Of a stretch of DNA of 64,000 nt, positions 33,647-47,500 are shown piece by piece. The translations under genes were made by a program, and so were the position numbers. Every line of letters starts with the position of its first letter. The stretch's first letter is position 1. Below the pieces are notes generated by a model, which had not been told where the DNA came from, did not search any database, and was given only the letters and a program-made list of their open reading frames with translations. Origin of the DNA: Tubulanus polymorphus (taxonomy: Eukaryota; Animalia; Nemertea). The stretch lies in assembly GCF_964204645.1 (NCBI RefSeq), contig NC_134029.1, forward strand, positions 11,372,850 to 11,436,849, given 5' to 3'.

Positions 33647-34761
33647 GAAAGAGTCGGCATTATTGAAATTCCGAGTCCCTCCCACTCAACTTTTGGCAAA
33701 GAGCAGCAACCTAACTGTCATTTTTTTCCTCCAAAATTTTGCAAAGGTTACATATGCATATGGGAACGTTGGCGAACTCGCTATAAGCAGGGGTCAACAC
33801 ACCGAGCTACGCTTCTCAGTAGTATTCTGTGCGCAGTATTAAGAGTAACATAGTTAGCAGCGGTATTGGTAAACCGCGGCTTGGTTATTCAATGTACAAC
33901 CGCCGAACTTATATCTTCTGAAAACCACAATACGTTTTCCCTGTTGAAAACCGCTCGGGTTTGTGCGCTATCCTAATTAGTTAACAAGATAATATAAGCT
34001 GACAATAAGCTTATAAAAACCGGCTGTACGGCTACACTTTTGCCTCGGATACGTAGTAAAATGGCTGTGAGTTGAAAAGTTTATACACAGCTCGCAGCGG
34101 CATTATTTTCAGTATCATTCGAAGTTTGGTATCATTCGGAAGAGAGTCAACCGGGAGAACATTTATCATACTGACTGGGCTTCAAAGATTTAACAATAAA
34201 TAAAGGCAGTAGAGTAGATTTAGGCGCAAAACGGGGTAAATTTCGGATTGGAGGATAGCGCGTTACAGTACTGTCGACACAGGTATAGGCGATTGTTTTT
34301 TTTAAATTTCACATCATCGGTATAAATTTTAGTTTGTTCTATCAACAGTTTTCCGCGCGTATATAACGCGTCGTACGTATATTTCGGACAAACGGCGGTG
34401 TTAGATTACAGAGAAGTTCATAGTTTCGCGCGTTGAAAAAATTAAATCGGCAATACCGACGAAAACACATCGTGGAATCGATAGTTTACAGAATAGTTTT
34501 CGTAGAAGGGAATAGATTTCGCACGAATACGCCGAATTCGTTCTGGCTTTTAATATCTACGCGGGCAATAACTCTCGTCCGTTGATGATATCGGGTGACA
34601 ACAGTATTATCGAGTTTCAACAGCAGTCTCAATTCGTAGGCGGTGTTGTCATCTTCTAACGATGTCATAAACTATTCCGAATTCATTATCCAACTCGTTC
34701 AACCGTGCCATTATTCGCGATAAAAATTTCGCGAGCAACAGCTGCAAACATTAATCAAAGT

Positions 34762-35104
34762 TAATTATTTCGGTCGAATTCCGATATTTTACGGGCAACG
34801 CTGTTGCGCTAACGACGAATTTTCCGAAATCGAACCTAATGAAAAAGATTATTCAAAGTTAATGTTACATTTTTATGGGAAACTGTCGCTTATAACGTCG
34901 TTTTGTAATTATTACAGTCGAATTCCGATATTTTACGGGCAACGCCGTTGCGCTAACGACGAATTATCCGAAATTGAACCTAATGAAAAAGATTATTCAA
35001 AGTTAATGTTACATTTTTATGGGAAACTGTCGCTTATAACGTCGTTTTGTAATTATTACGGTCGAATTCAGATATTTTATGGGCAACGCTTTTGCGCTAA
35101 CGAG
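34762..35104. repeat. 144-bp tandem repeat, about 2.3 copies
   Basis: GTCGAATTC at 34773, 34917, 35061 with near-identical intervening sequence. Confidence 0.9.
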
Positions 35105-36005
35105 AATTTAACGGGCTTCGCTAATGAGATGGATTGGGGGAATCGACTATATATACCGGAATTTTTAGACCGTTTTGGGGCGAGCGCTAGAAATATTCAG
35201 ATCGTCGAGATCAGTTCGTGAACACTCCTGGCTCCGGGTTCCTGAAAAACGGCAAGCTTTTGCGAAATCGTCAGTTTCATATTTTCCGGGCTCAACTCGA
35301 CAGAAAATCGCAGTAGCAACATCGACGACGAGTATCAAAGGTAAGCGCTGTTTCATAAGTATTCAGTCGAGCAGTGTGACTCGTTATTATTTTGTATTTA
35401 ATACGTGTACGTACAGATTTAATAGAACCATTATCGAATAAGCATCGGTATCTACGATTTTCAGAATTATTAGTTAATTTCTTATTCGCATCGAGGTTAC
35501 CGATATTTCGTCCTATAGTGGAAGTATTCGAGCCGAGGTTTCTTCGGCTGGTATATTCGCTATACGCGAAAGCTGTTGGTAGCCGCACGTCATAGGTCCG
35601 CTTAGGATGTGTATAGTAGTTTTTTTTTAGTCGTATACGTACATCGCGTTAAGAGTGATATATATTTTTCTTATACAATATCGCTAGCTCGTAAAAAATG
35701 TCGATGGGGTTTTTAAATCATTCGTTCGAATGAGGGCTCGTGAAGTGCGCGAGAGCGTAAATGAAAGCTACATACGCAGAATAATTGTGATTTTTTTTCG
35801 AATGCGATGGTAGCTTTGCCGCCAATATTTCGTCGTAAAACTATGAGTAAGATCGAGTTAAATTCGTGTCTGCAGAAACGCGGAAGCGAACATAAAATGA
35901 TCGAAAGCTCGTTGAACTCGTTTTTCGAAACGCTCGCAAATTTAGGGAGCGTAGACTTGTCAATTTACCATTCGGGCGAGAAATTTCGGCGATAACAGAA
36001 AACAT

Positions 36006-36661
36006 ATGAAACATTTGGAAATAATATTGGACGACGATAATGATTTAGTGATATGTCAGCTCGAGGGCAAACCAACGAGTTGCAACAAAAAACGAGCACG
36101 CAGTCGATCGGTTTTAATAGAAAGAAAACGCGCACGCACCAAATCTATATCAACATCGCCGGTGCGCAGCGAGTCAAGCGAGCTTTCCAGCGAAGGGCAA
36201 GAAATAAAAAGCATCTGCGCGGAAAAGAAAGACGCGGATAGGTTGATAAACGCTTCTATCAACCTATCAATCAATGAGAAGAGCGGGCGAAATTCCCTCA
36301 CCAAAATATCCGCGTGGGGGAAAAATTGTCCGCGCACGCAGATGCGGTTAGGAAACACGAGATAGATCTCGAAAATTCGTTTTTAAATTTGAAAAATGCG
36401 TTGGAAATCTGCCACCAGAAATCCACCGCTTTAGCCACGCAGGTGGAATGTTCGAAGAAGACGCATAGATTCATAATGAATTATTTCGAAAATGATTGCC
36501 TCTCCGCCAAATGCAAGCAATGCCGTGTGCATTGCTTGAAACAAATTTCAGATGAATTAACTAAACCGATAGGAAGACCACGCGCAAGCTTAGAAAAAAC
36601 ACCAAAAAAAGTTGAGAGAAAATATAGACGCTATACGGGGAGGGAAATTCGAACTTCTTGA
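36006..36661 (+). pseudogene. Hypothetical basic coiled-coil protein, frameshifted
   Basis: Overlapping ORFs 36006-36365 and 36314-36661 join at a G run; NLS-like KKRAR/RKRAR, CKQC, AT-hook-like GRPR. Confidence 0.4.
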
Positions 36662-37994
36662 AGGGTTTTTTAGATATTATTTTTGGAAATGTAGGGAAAG
36701 AAACGCGAGCTTAAGTTTAAATAGATGTAAATAAATAAAACAATCATACATGTGTACGGTGTAGATAAACTTTTATATCGGGGGTGGCGAGAAGTGAGCG
36801 TGAATACGAAGGAATGTTCCGGAGATGACTCCTTCTGAAAAACGGTAAAACAGTCGATCGTCCGCAAGCAAATCATTCGATATAAATTTATTTGCACACA
36901 TTCACGAAATTATGCTTTTGATATTGCAGAAACACGAACACAACGATCAAACAAACGAAAGGAACGTAAGGAAATTCGTATTAGACGTAGCCCAGACGTG
37001 GGGGGGGGGCTTGAACGGTAAACAAGCTTAAGAATTTACGTATTCGAATATTGATGATTGCGAGTGATAGTATTTATCAACGGCCTACTTTTCATTTCAG
37101 ACGGAAGGCGGAGGAGTACGCCGAGGAGCATTGGCCCACGAGAAGGAGACGTATACCGGAGTCTCGTGCTCCGGGTAAAACGGCGGACGCCCTTCGGGGA
37201 AAAAGTTGAGATCGAGTTTTTCGTAAGTAGAGAGCGTTTCTCAACCGCCATTTCTAGTTAAAGCAAAGGGGTTACCGAATTTGAGATACGATTATATAGG
37301 GGGAATTGTCTCCCACGCGTTGTGCGTAGGGATTCCCGGCGAAGATATCCAAAATAAATTAACTTCTAATTCTCAAAACAACGGAAGTACATTTTCTAAA
37401 GAAAAATCTTATTCGGTTTAGTAGAAAATCAAGCGTAATATCTCGTTTAAAATCTTACTAAACGTAATTGTTTTATATTTTTCAGTATGCAGCGATGAAA
37501 AGGGGTTTACGCGGTTTACACGTATTAGATAATATCGAGGAGGTGGAAGGGTAGCTAGAAAGAAAGGGGGATCGGGATTGGGGTGAGCTAGAGCGTTTTT
37601 GAATTTGTAAAAAAATAAAGTACGGTTCGGTTTTCTATTTGTATCTAGCCGCGTTGTAGTTATTTTCTGCTGCCTTCGGGGTATCCTTCAGTCTTACAGT
37701 CGTTTTCTGTACAGTCGTATTCGCTGTGCTGTAGAGTTTTTTTTCCGGAAGGGAGAGACAAGGAAGCGGAGATATTGAAAAATCGAGGATTTCCCAGAAC
37801 ATGAGGCAATGCAATAATATTTGGAGAACGGAGGGGAAGCAACATTTTTTTTCCCACAAAAGTCTACCCGGGATATAAGCAGACGTTTGAAAACAAAGCT
37901 AGGAAAATAAGATCATAGGGAGAGAGATCACGCAATAAAAAAGTAATATATGTTTTATAAGGAACGCGCAGGAAAGCCAACGTTTCCATCAGAT

Positions 37995-38306
37995 ATCCGC
38001 GCCGGAGAGTCTGAGAACAATCGAATAGGTTCGCGCGTAAAAACGTAATAGTATACACGCGATAGCGCGCGGGAAACCGACGTTTTAAAAAAATTCTGCG
38101 CCGGAAAGTCGGAGAACAATCGAATAGGTCCGCGCGTAAAAACGTGATATTATATATACGCGATGGCGCGCGGGAAACCGACGTTTTTAAAAATTTCTGC
38201 GCCGGAAAGTCGGAGAACAATCGAATAGGTTCGCGCGTAAAAACGTAATAGTATATATACGCGATAGCGCGCGGGAAACCGACGTTTTTAAAAATCTACG
38301 CCGGAA
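37995..38306. repeat. ~100-bp subterminal tandem repeat, three copies
   Basis: GAGAACAATCGAATAGGT...GCGCGCGGGAAACCGACG at about 38013, 38112, 38213. Confidence 0.9.
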
Positions 38307-38307
38307 C

Positions 38308-38457
38308 GTAGTATTATATGTGGGATTCATAAGAAGGGGTTCATGCGGAAAAAAGCGCGCGATTACTGGGGTGGTATTTCGCAGAAATAGCAGCCGAGGA
38401 ATCGGGTGCTTTTTTACGCAGGAATCCCTTCTTAGGAATCCTATATATAATACTACT
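38308..38457. repeat. 150-bp imperfect terminal palindrome of the outer Polinton
   Basis: GTAGTATTATAT...TATTTC-GCA-GAAATA...ATATAATACTACT; arms pair with scattered mismatches. Confidence 0.88.
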
Positions 38458-38842
38458 GACCACAGACTTAAAGGTCTATTTGTCTAGTACGATTTTATTC
38501 CTGAAAATGAATTTATTTTCTGCCAAACGATTTAGCCTAGGCTATTTGTACTGTTAAACCTCATTAATGCGATTCTGTTAAAAAGACGAAACTAGTTTAT
38601 TCTGATGTTTTCCATCATGTCCCAGCCAAGATATTTATATCAATCAAGATTTGGATACAAAAACCCATTTTTACGCATGAACTGTTAGGCCCCACTGAAT
38701 AATGAAAACAAAAACAGAACGATTTTTCTGAATGCAATTGCAAGACCCTCTGATCTTAGAGCTCCAAGCTCTGATGCATGTACGCATGCAAAACGTCGCA
38801 GAGAGCGATGCCGGCGTTGGTGTCACAGAGGCCGGCTGATGA

Positions 38843-39065
38843 TTGTTTGTTTGTCTTTTTGTTTGTTTGGTTTTACGTACGTCGTTTGGATATTGGTTTC
38901 CCAAGACTATTCCTATTGGATTGTTCATTTAACCTCACGACGGTACGGCCTTTGAAGTGTTGCCCGCACACTGTTCGCAGCCAGCAGGACTCGAACCCAC
39001 TTGTAACTCAGCATCGATAGTGGATTCAACAGCATCACCCTTATCTCACTGAGCTACCGAGGCCG
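38843..39065 (-). mobile_element. tRNA-derived SINE-like element in the host flank
   Basis: A box GTAGCTCAGTGAG, B box GGGTTCGAGTCC, short body and (AAAC)n tail. Confidence 0.65.
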
Positions 39066-40836
39066 CTCGATTCAATTCCAAGAAACAACAGCAGCGGCAA
39101 ATAACCATCGCAATATTGCAATTTACGACAAACAACGCGTAAATTCAATCACTGTTGTTTAACGCATGGAAAAGATAATAAAAGGTATTTTTTCCCGGCG
39201 CGCATTACAAAGCGAATCTCTGCCGAGTGCGTAAGAGGGTGCTACCGCCTTATGAGTGCGCAGCAGGCGGGTAGGGCGTCCTAAAAAGAAAACTTATATT
39301 AGAATATAGCCGAATCGAATTTTACAATGTCAGTCAACTGATTGATAATACAACATGGTTGTTCTCGGCGTACATAACAATGATATTTTCCTCCAATAAA
39401 CAACTCTGGTAAAATTGAATAAAATGATCTATCTTTATTGGGGATATCGTATCATGGTGGTAGCCTACCGTTTACCGTTCGATGTTTCGTGTCATCATGA
39501 AAAGGTTTTAACTTTAGTAAAGGCGTTCCCGCACGATCACATACGGGTTTCAGTCACGAGTAGGCTGCCGTTCCACTGCTCTAGAAATACGTATTCTGAC
39601 GCTGAGAATTAATCCCAAATATTCCCATGGATACTGATAGTTGAAATAACATTGATACACTGTGATATTTATAAACCGGAGGTACATAATTTTATGTTTT
39701 TCTATTCAGAAGAGGCTGTTCCCCGTTCTTTACTACCAATGTCAATGCGGACATATCGCTACACGATTGTTTAACCCGCTCTCATCTACCAGATAATGAA
39801 CGAAAAAATTGCATCGAATAACTTTTTGGACCATTAAATCAGAAATCTGGCGACGCTATGATGTGGGGAATAATTGAACATTTTTTTAGTCATTTTCAGC
39901 TGTTTCTAATGTTTTACGTGAACGGAGTGACAATTTGAAGTTACTATGAAAATGAGAAGAGTCGGCGCTATTTTTTCGTACTACTATTTTCGATCCATTT
40001 TACTAGCATTGGCATGACGTCATAGACGTCAACCAATGCTAAAAATGGGTTGGATATGCTTCATTTCAATTAGGATCGATTATGACAATTATTTCTACTG
40101 GTGTAATTACATTTTCTAATATCAAACCTATATTATATAAAGATAATAAGTCAGAAAATATTGAATCAGGACAAAAATTAACTAAAAATATAGCTGCAAA
40201 GCAGCGATAACGGGTTTTCTGCACAGTCTTAGAATCCTGTTCAACGGTGGATTTCAACAAAGCATTTGATAAGGCTCAACATCAGCCATTACTAAACAGG
40301 CTATTAGGAAACAGTATCAATGATAGGTCGCCCAAATGGCTCAGCAGTTATCTCTGAACGGAAACTTGTAACCGAAATCAACGGAACGCCTCATCTTGGA
40401 ATGAGACGGTCTAACTAGTGGAGTCACGCAAGGTAGTATCCTAAGTCGTCTTCTGTTTAATGTCCTGACAAATGACATACACAGTAATCCAAAATATACC
40501 AGACCGAGTAAATTTCCAAAACGACCTTAATACACTGTTCGACCAAAAAACTTAATGTTCCGACAAAACCACGGGTGACAAAACCAAAATTATGAATTGT
40601 CGCGGGTGACAAAACCAAAATATTGAATTGTCACGGGCGACAAAACAAAAATAATGAATTGTCGCGGGCGATAAAAACCAAAATAATGAATTGTCGGGGG
40701 CGATAAAACCAAAATATTGAATTGTCGCGGGCGATAAAACCAAAATAATGAATTGTCGCGGACGACAAAAACAAAATATTGAATTGTTGCGTGCGACAAA
40801 ACCAAAATAATGAATTGTCGCGGGCGACAAAACCAA

Positions 40837-42090
40837 ACTAGGGGTCCAGGGACACCATGCTCACTTGGGAAGTGGTTTCAAATGCTCAACAATCTAACAA
40901 TTTCAATACATAACGCCCTCTAGTGACCATATACAAAAACCAATGAACTTGAAACCCACCACAATCATAGAACATGTGAGCAGCTATGATTTTGTAATCG
41001 ATTGTGATAACAAAATATGCCTCGTTACCAATTTAATATGGAAATACTAAGTTATTCTACTATTCAACGCCCCCTGGTGACCATATGCAAAACCCAATGA
41101 CCTTAAAACTCACCCCAATCGTAGTACATATCATGAAATACAACTTTGCAATTGATCATAGTAACAAAATATGCCTAGGTACCAATCTAATGAGGAAATA
41201 CTAAGCCATTCTACCATTCAACGCCCCCTGGTGACTACATGAAATAACTAATGTCCTTAAAAACTCACCACAATCATAGACGATGTCATGAACTACAACT
41301 TTGCAATTGATCATGGTAACAAAATATGCCTTGGTACAAATATAGCAATACTAAGTTATTGTATTATTCAACGCCCCCTGATGGCCACATACAAAAACCA
41401 ATGACCTTGAAACTCACCAAAATCATAGAACACGTTATGGGCTACAACTTTCCAATTGAATATAGTAACACAATATGCTTAGGTATCAATTTAATGTGGA
41501 AAAACTTTTTCCCACCTACGAATGAGTACTGATGACACCAAGATGGCCGCCAATTGCGTCATAATTGGCTGATCAAAGATACCTGTCCCAGGTATAAAAC
41601 ATCCCTCTCTGAAGAATACCCATCAGCAATTGCAATGAGAAATGGCAAACCAGTAGGAAGCTACGTGACCTAGAATTCTGGCCAAAATTGACATTTTGGG
41701 CACTAAAAAGGTCATAGGACGGCCATCTTGAGTCAGATCGACCCAATTTTCTTATGCTGATGGGCCTTTGGTAGATTCAAATATAAACGAATGATCAAGG
41801 TAATTGATCAAAGCGTCTTCAAAATTTCCCACGAAAACTTCGAAAATGTTTAAAAAGTGCCGATTTTGGCAAACAACAATGGCTGCCAGTCGGCCATCTT
41901 AAATCTGACAGGGCCAGTTTTTGGGCTGAAGATGTGTCTAGGGTAGATACATGTATAAACCAAATATCAAGACATTACCTTGAAGCGTCTTCAAAACTTC
42001 CCAAAATAACTGGATTCCGTCTATGGACGGACGGACGGACGAAAAGTGAACGCAATAGCCCGCTGGGACTAAAGTCCCAAGTGGACTGAA
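40837..42090. mobile_element. HINE-like element B, complete copy
   Basis: Subterminal IR CACTTGGG/CCCAAGTG, four ~154-bp repeats, (GGAC)n, end hairpin GGGACT-AA-AGTCCC, inserted in an A run of the satellite. Confidence 0.8.
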
Positions 42091-42092
42091 AA

Positions 42093-43800
42093 ATAATTGT
42101 CGCGGGCGACAAAACCAAAATATTGAATTGTCGCGGGCGACAAAACCAAACTAATGAATTGTCGCGGGCGACAAAACCAAACTAATGAATTGTCGCGGGC
42201 GATAAAACCAAACTAATGAATCGTCGCGGGTGATAAAACAAAAATATTGAATCGTCGCGGGCGATAAAACCAAAATAATGAATCGTCTCGGGCGACAAAA
42301 ACAAAATATTGAATCGTCGCGGGCGACAAAATCAAAATAATGAATTGTCGCGGGCGATAAAACCAAAATAATGGATGGTCTCGGGCGACAAAACCAAAAT
42401 AATGAATTGTCGCGGGCGATAAAAACAAAATATTGAATTGTCGCGGGCGATAAAACCAAAATAATGAATTGTCGCGGGCGACAAAACCAAAATATTGAAT
42501 TGTCGCGGGCGACAAAACCAAAATATTGAATTGTCGCGGGCGACAAAACCAAAAAAAATTGGCGCAGGCGATAAAAACAAAATATAAAACCAAAATAAAG
42601 AATTGTCGTGGGCGATAAAACAAAAATAATGAATTGTCGCGGGCGATAAAACCAAAATAATGAATTATCGCGGGTGATAAAACCAAAATATTGAATTGTC
42701 GCAGGCGATAAAACAAAAATAATGAATTATCGCGGGCGACAAAACCAAAATATTGAATTGTCGCGGGCGACTCAACCAAAATATTGAATTGTCGCGGGCG
42801 ACAAAACCAAAAAAAGAATTGTCGGGGCGACAAAACAAAAATAATGAATTGTCGCGGGCGATCAATCAAAATTAATGAATTGTCGCGGGCGATAAAACCA
42901 AAATAATGAATTGTCGCGGGCGACAAAACCAAAATGGTTAATTGTTGCGGGCGACAAAACCAAAAAGGTGAATTGTCGCGGGCGACAAAACCAAAATGGT
43001 GAATTGTCGCGGGCGACAAAACCAAAATAATGAATTGTCGCGGGCAATAAAACCGTAATAATGAATTGTCGCGGGCGATAAAACCAAAATAATGAATTGT
43101 CTCAGGCGACAAAACCAAAATAATGAATAATCGCGGGCGATAAAAAAAAAATATTGAATTGTCGCGGGCGATAAAACCAAAAAAGAAAATTGTCGCGGGT
43201 GACAAAAACAAAATATAAAACCAAAATAATGAATTGTCGCGGGCGACAAAACCAATCTAATGAATTGTCGCGGGCGATAAAACCAAACTAATGAATTGTC
43301 GCGGGCGATAAAACCAAACTAATGAATTGTCGCGGGCGATAAAACCAAAATAATGAATTGTCTCGGACGACAAAAACAAGATATTGAATCGTCGCGGGCG
43401 ACAAAATCAAAATAATGAATTGTCGCGGGCGACAAAACCAAAATAATGAATTGATGCGGGCGATAAAACCAAAAAAATGAATGGTCTCGGGAGACAAAAC
43501 CAAAATAATGAATTGTCGCGGGCGATAAAAACAAAATATTGAATTGTCGCGGGCGATAAAAACAAAATAATGAATTGTCTCGGGCGACAAAAACATAATA
43601 TTTAATTGTCACGTGCGATAAAACCAAAATAATGAATTTTCGCAGGCGACAAAACCAAAATAATGAATTGTCGCGGGCGATAAAACCAAAATAATGAATT
43701 ATCGCGGGCGATAAAACCAAAATATTGAATTGTCGCGGGCGATAAAACCAAAATAATCAATTGTCGCGGGCGACAAAACCAAAATAATGAATTGTCGCGG
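42093..43800. repeat. 31-bp satellite
   Basis: Tandem units; a short left block also lies at 40560-40837. Confidence 0.95.
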
Positions 43801-44597
43801 AATGATGCAATCGTGAGTTGAAATAATACCTGAACAAATCGATGCACAGACATTTACTTTATATATCTACTTGAACAATCGAGCCTACTCAGTAATATAC
43901 TCAGTTTTTACGAAACCTGGAGTTTTTGTTTCAGAGAAATTTGAGTATCAGTATCCGATGCTATATACTAACGTTAACGTTAGTTATCATCGCTCCGTCA
44001 TGCTAAGTTATACATTTCATGTCAACCAGTATCTACAGGCAGCTGTACAGTGTGTACACACTATATCTGAATACGAGGCTGGAATAACAGGCTCACTTCA
44101 CGTAGGTTCATGCTGAGGAGAAACTCGCAGCTGATCCCCGGAACGACGATGTAGTAACACACGTCGATTCGTCGATGTTTACGGCTCGACAGTGCTTTTA
44201 AAATCTAATGTAGTAAATTTCCAGTGTATCGGTAATATGATTTGATGAGGAAAATGGGCTATTGTTAAAATCACTGTTTGAAGACCACGACTGAATGTGA
44301 AGTCTGCGGCAATAAATTAGTTCATTTATACTTGAATTGATAATCGAAGTGACAGTCGGCCTGCGGGTTGATTTCGGGATGACGACTCGAAAAACATGTC
44401 GCCCCATTGAATGGGGCTAAATTTTCGATGTTTACGGCCCGACAGCGCTTTTGTAACGATGATTCGTGAAAAAACACGCGGGCTATTTGTAGATCTCAGT
44501 GAGCTGAACGATATTATATGGATTGTATATGAAACAGCGGTAAGGTAACAAAGCCTATGTTCTTTTGGTAAAAATAGTGTGGAAGAAAATAATAATA

Positions 44598-47500
44598 AAT
44601 ATAGCTGCAAAGCAGCGATAACGGGTTTTCTGCACAGTCTTAGAATCCTGTTCAACGGTGGATTTCAACAAAGCATTTGATAAGGCTCAACATCAGCCAT
44701 TACTAAACAGGCTATTAGGAAACAGTATCAATGATAGGTCGCCAAATGGCTCAGCAGTTATCTCTGAACGGAAACTTGTAACCGAAATCAACGGAACGCC
44801 TCATCTTGGAATGAGACGGTCTAACTAGTGGAGTCACGCAAGGTAGTATCCTAAGTCGTCTTCTGTTTAATCTCCTGACAAATGACATACACAGTAATCC
44901 AAAATATACCAGACCGAGTAAATTTCCAAAACGACCTTAACACACTGTTCGACCAAAAAACTTAATGTTCCGACAAAACCACGGGCGACAAAACCAAAAT
45001 TATGAATTGTCGCGGGTGACAAAACCAAAATATTGAATTGTCACGGGTGACAAAACAAAAATAATGAATTGTCGCGAGGGATAAAACCAAAATAATGAAT
45101 TGTCGCGGGCGATAAAACCACAATAATGAATTGTCGCGGGCGTTAAAACCAAAATATTGAATCGTCGCGGGCGATAAAACCAAAATAATGAATTGTCGCG
45201 GACGGCAAAAACAAAATAATGAATTGTTGCGTGCGACAAAACCAAAATAATGAATTGTCGCGGGCGACAAAACCAAACTAGGGGTCCAGGGACACCATGC
45301 TCACTTGGGAAGTGGTTTCAAATGCTCAACTATCTAACAATTTAAATACATAACGCCCTCTAGTGACCATATACAAAAACCAATGACCTTGAAACCCACC
45401 ACAATCATAGAACATGTGAGCAGCTATGATTTTGTAATTGATTGTGATAACAAAATATGCCTCGTTACCAATTTAATATGGAAATACTAAGTTATTCTAC
45501 TATTCAACGCCCTCTGGTGACCATATGCAAAACCCAATGACCTTAAAACTCACCACAATCGTAGTACATGTCATGAACTACATCTTAACAATGGATCATG
45601 GTAACAAACTATGCCTAGGTACCAATCTAATAAGGAAAAACTAAGCTTTTCTACTATTCAACGCCCCCTGGTGACTATATGGAATAACTAATGTCCTTAA
45701 AAACTCACCGCAATCATAGACGATGTCATGAACTACAACTTTGCAATTGATCATGGTAACAAAATATGCCTTGGTACAAATATAATATAGCGATACTAAG
45801 TTATTGTATTATTCAACGCCCCCTGATGGCCACATACAAAAACCAATGACCTTGAAACTCACCAAAATCATAGAACACGTTATGGGCTACAACTTTCCAA
45901 TTGAATATAGTAACACAATATGCTTAGGTATCGATTTAATGTGGAAAAAACTTTTTCCCACCTACGAATGAGTACTGATGACACCAAGATGGCCGCCAAT
46001 TGCGTCATAATTGTCTGATCAAAATACCTGTCCCAGGTATAAAACATCCCTCTCTAAAGAATACCCATCAGCAATTGCAATGAGAAATGGCAAACCAGTA
46101 GGAAGCTACAGGACCTAGAATTCTGGCCAAAATTGACATTTTTGGGCACTAAAAAGGTCATAGGACGGCCATCTTGAGTCAGATCGACCCAATTTTCTTA
46201 TGCTGATGGGCCTTTGGTAGATTCAAATATAAACGAAAGATCAAGGTAATTGATCAAAGCGTCTTCAAAATTTCCCACGAAAACTTCGAAAATGTTTAAA
46301 AAGTGCTGATTATGGCAAACAACAATGGCTGCCAGTCGACCATCTTGAATCTGACAGGGCCAGTTTTTGGGCTGACGATGTGTCTAGGGTAGATACATGT
46401 ATAAACCAAATATCAAGACATTACCTTGAAGCGTCTTCAAAACTTCCCGAAATAACTGGATTCCGTCTATGGACGGACGGACGGACGAAAAGTGAACGCA
46501 ATAGCCCGCTGGGACTAAAGTCCCAAGTGGACTGAAAAAGAATTGTCGCGGGCGACAAAACCAAACTAATGAATTGTCGCGGGTGATAAAACGAAAATAT
46601 TGAATTGTCACGGGCGACAAAACCAAACTAATGAATTGTCGGGGGCGATAAAACCAAACTATGAATTGTCGCGGGTGACAAAACCAAACTAATGAATTGT
46701 CGCGGGCGATAAAACCAAACTATGAATTGTCGCGGGCGATAAAACCAAAATAATGAATTGTCTCGGGCGACAAAAACATAATATTTAATTGTCACGTGCG
46801 ATAAAACCAAAATAATGAATTTTCGCGGGCGACAAAACCAAAATAATGAATTGTTGCGGGCGATAAAACCAAAATAATGATTTGTCGCGGGCGACAAACC
46901 AAAATATTGAATTATCGCGGGCGACAAAAAAAAAATAAAACCAAAATAATGAATTGTCGCGGGGGACAAAAACAAAATATAAAACCAAAATAATGAATTG
47001 TCGCGGGCGACAAAACCAAAATAATGAATTGTCGCTGGAGATAAAACCAAAGTAATGAATTGTCGCGGGCGATAAAACCAAATATTGAATTGTCGCGGGT
47101 GATAAAACCAAAATATTGAATTGTCGCGGGCGACAAAACCAAACTAATGAATTGTCGCGGGCGATAAAACCAAACTATGAATTGTCGCGGGCGATAAAAC
47201 CAAAATAATGAATTGTCTCGGGCGACAAAAACATAATATTTAATTGTCACGTGCGATAAAACCAAAATAATGAATTTTCGCAGGCGACAAAACCAAAATA
47301 ATGAATTGTCGCAGGCGACAAAACCAAAGTAATGAATTGTTGTGGGCGATAAAACCAAAATAATGATTTGTCGCGGGCGACAAAACCAAAATATTGAATT
47401 ATCGCGGGCGACAAAATCAAAATAATGAATTGTCGCGGGCGACAAAACCAAAATAATGAATTGATGCGGGCGATAAAACCAAAAAAATGAATGGTCTCGG

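Larger units (their letters stand above)
1..38457 (-). mobile_element. Outer Polinton/Maverick (GC-richer), truncated by the left window edge and interrupted by the inner Polinton at about 6529-29911
   Basis: Penton, ATPase, integrase and pPolB remnants on the minus strand with similar CpG-rich composition on both sides of the AT-rich insert; ends in ...TATAATACTACT at 38457 (Polinton AGTAGT/ACTACT terminus) after subterminal repeats. Linking the two halves is inference. Confidence 0.8.
40187..44597. mobile_element. Element A, tandem unit 1 (no terminal hairpin)
   Basis: Homologous to 18482-23225; joins the next unit at AATAATA|AATATAGCTGC. Confidence 0.8.

Noticed and set aside
38975-39065. 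tRNA gene
   Set aside because: A and B boxes present but no convincing cloverleaf; followed by a body and AAAC tail, so SINE-like
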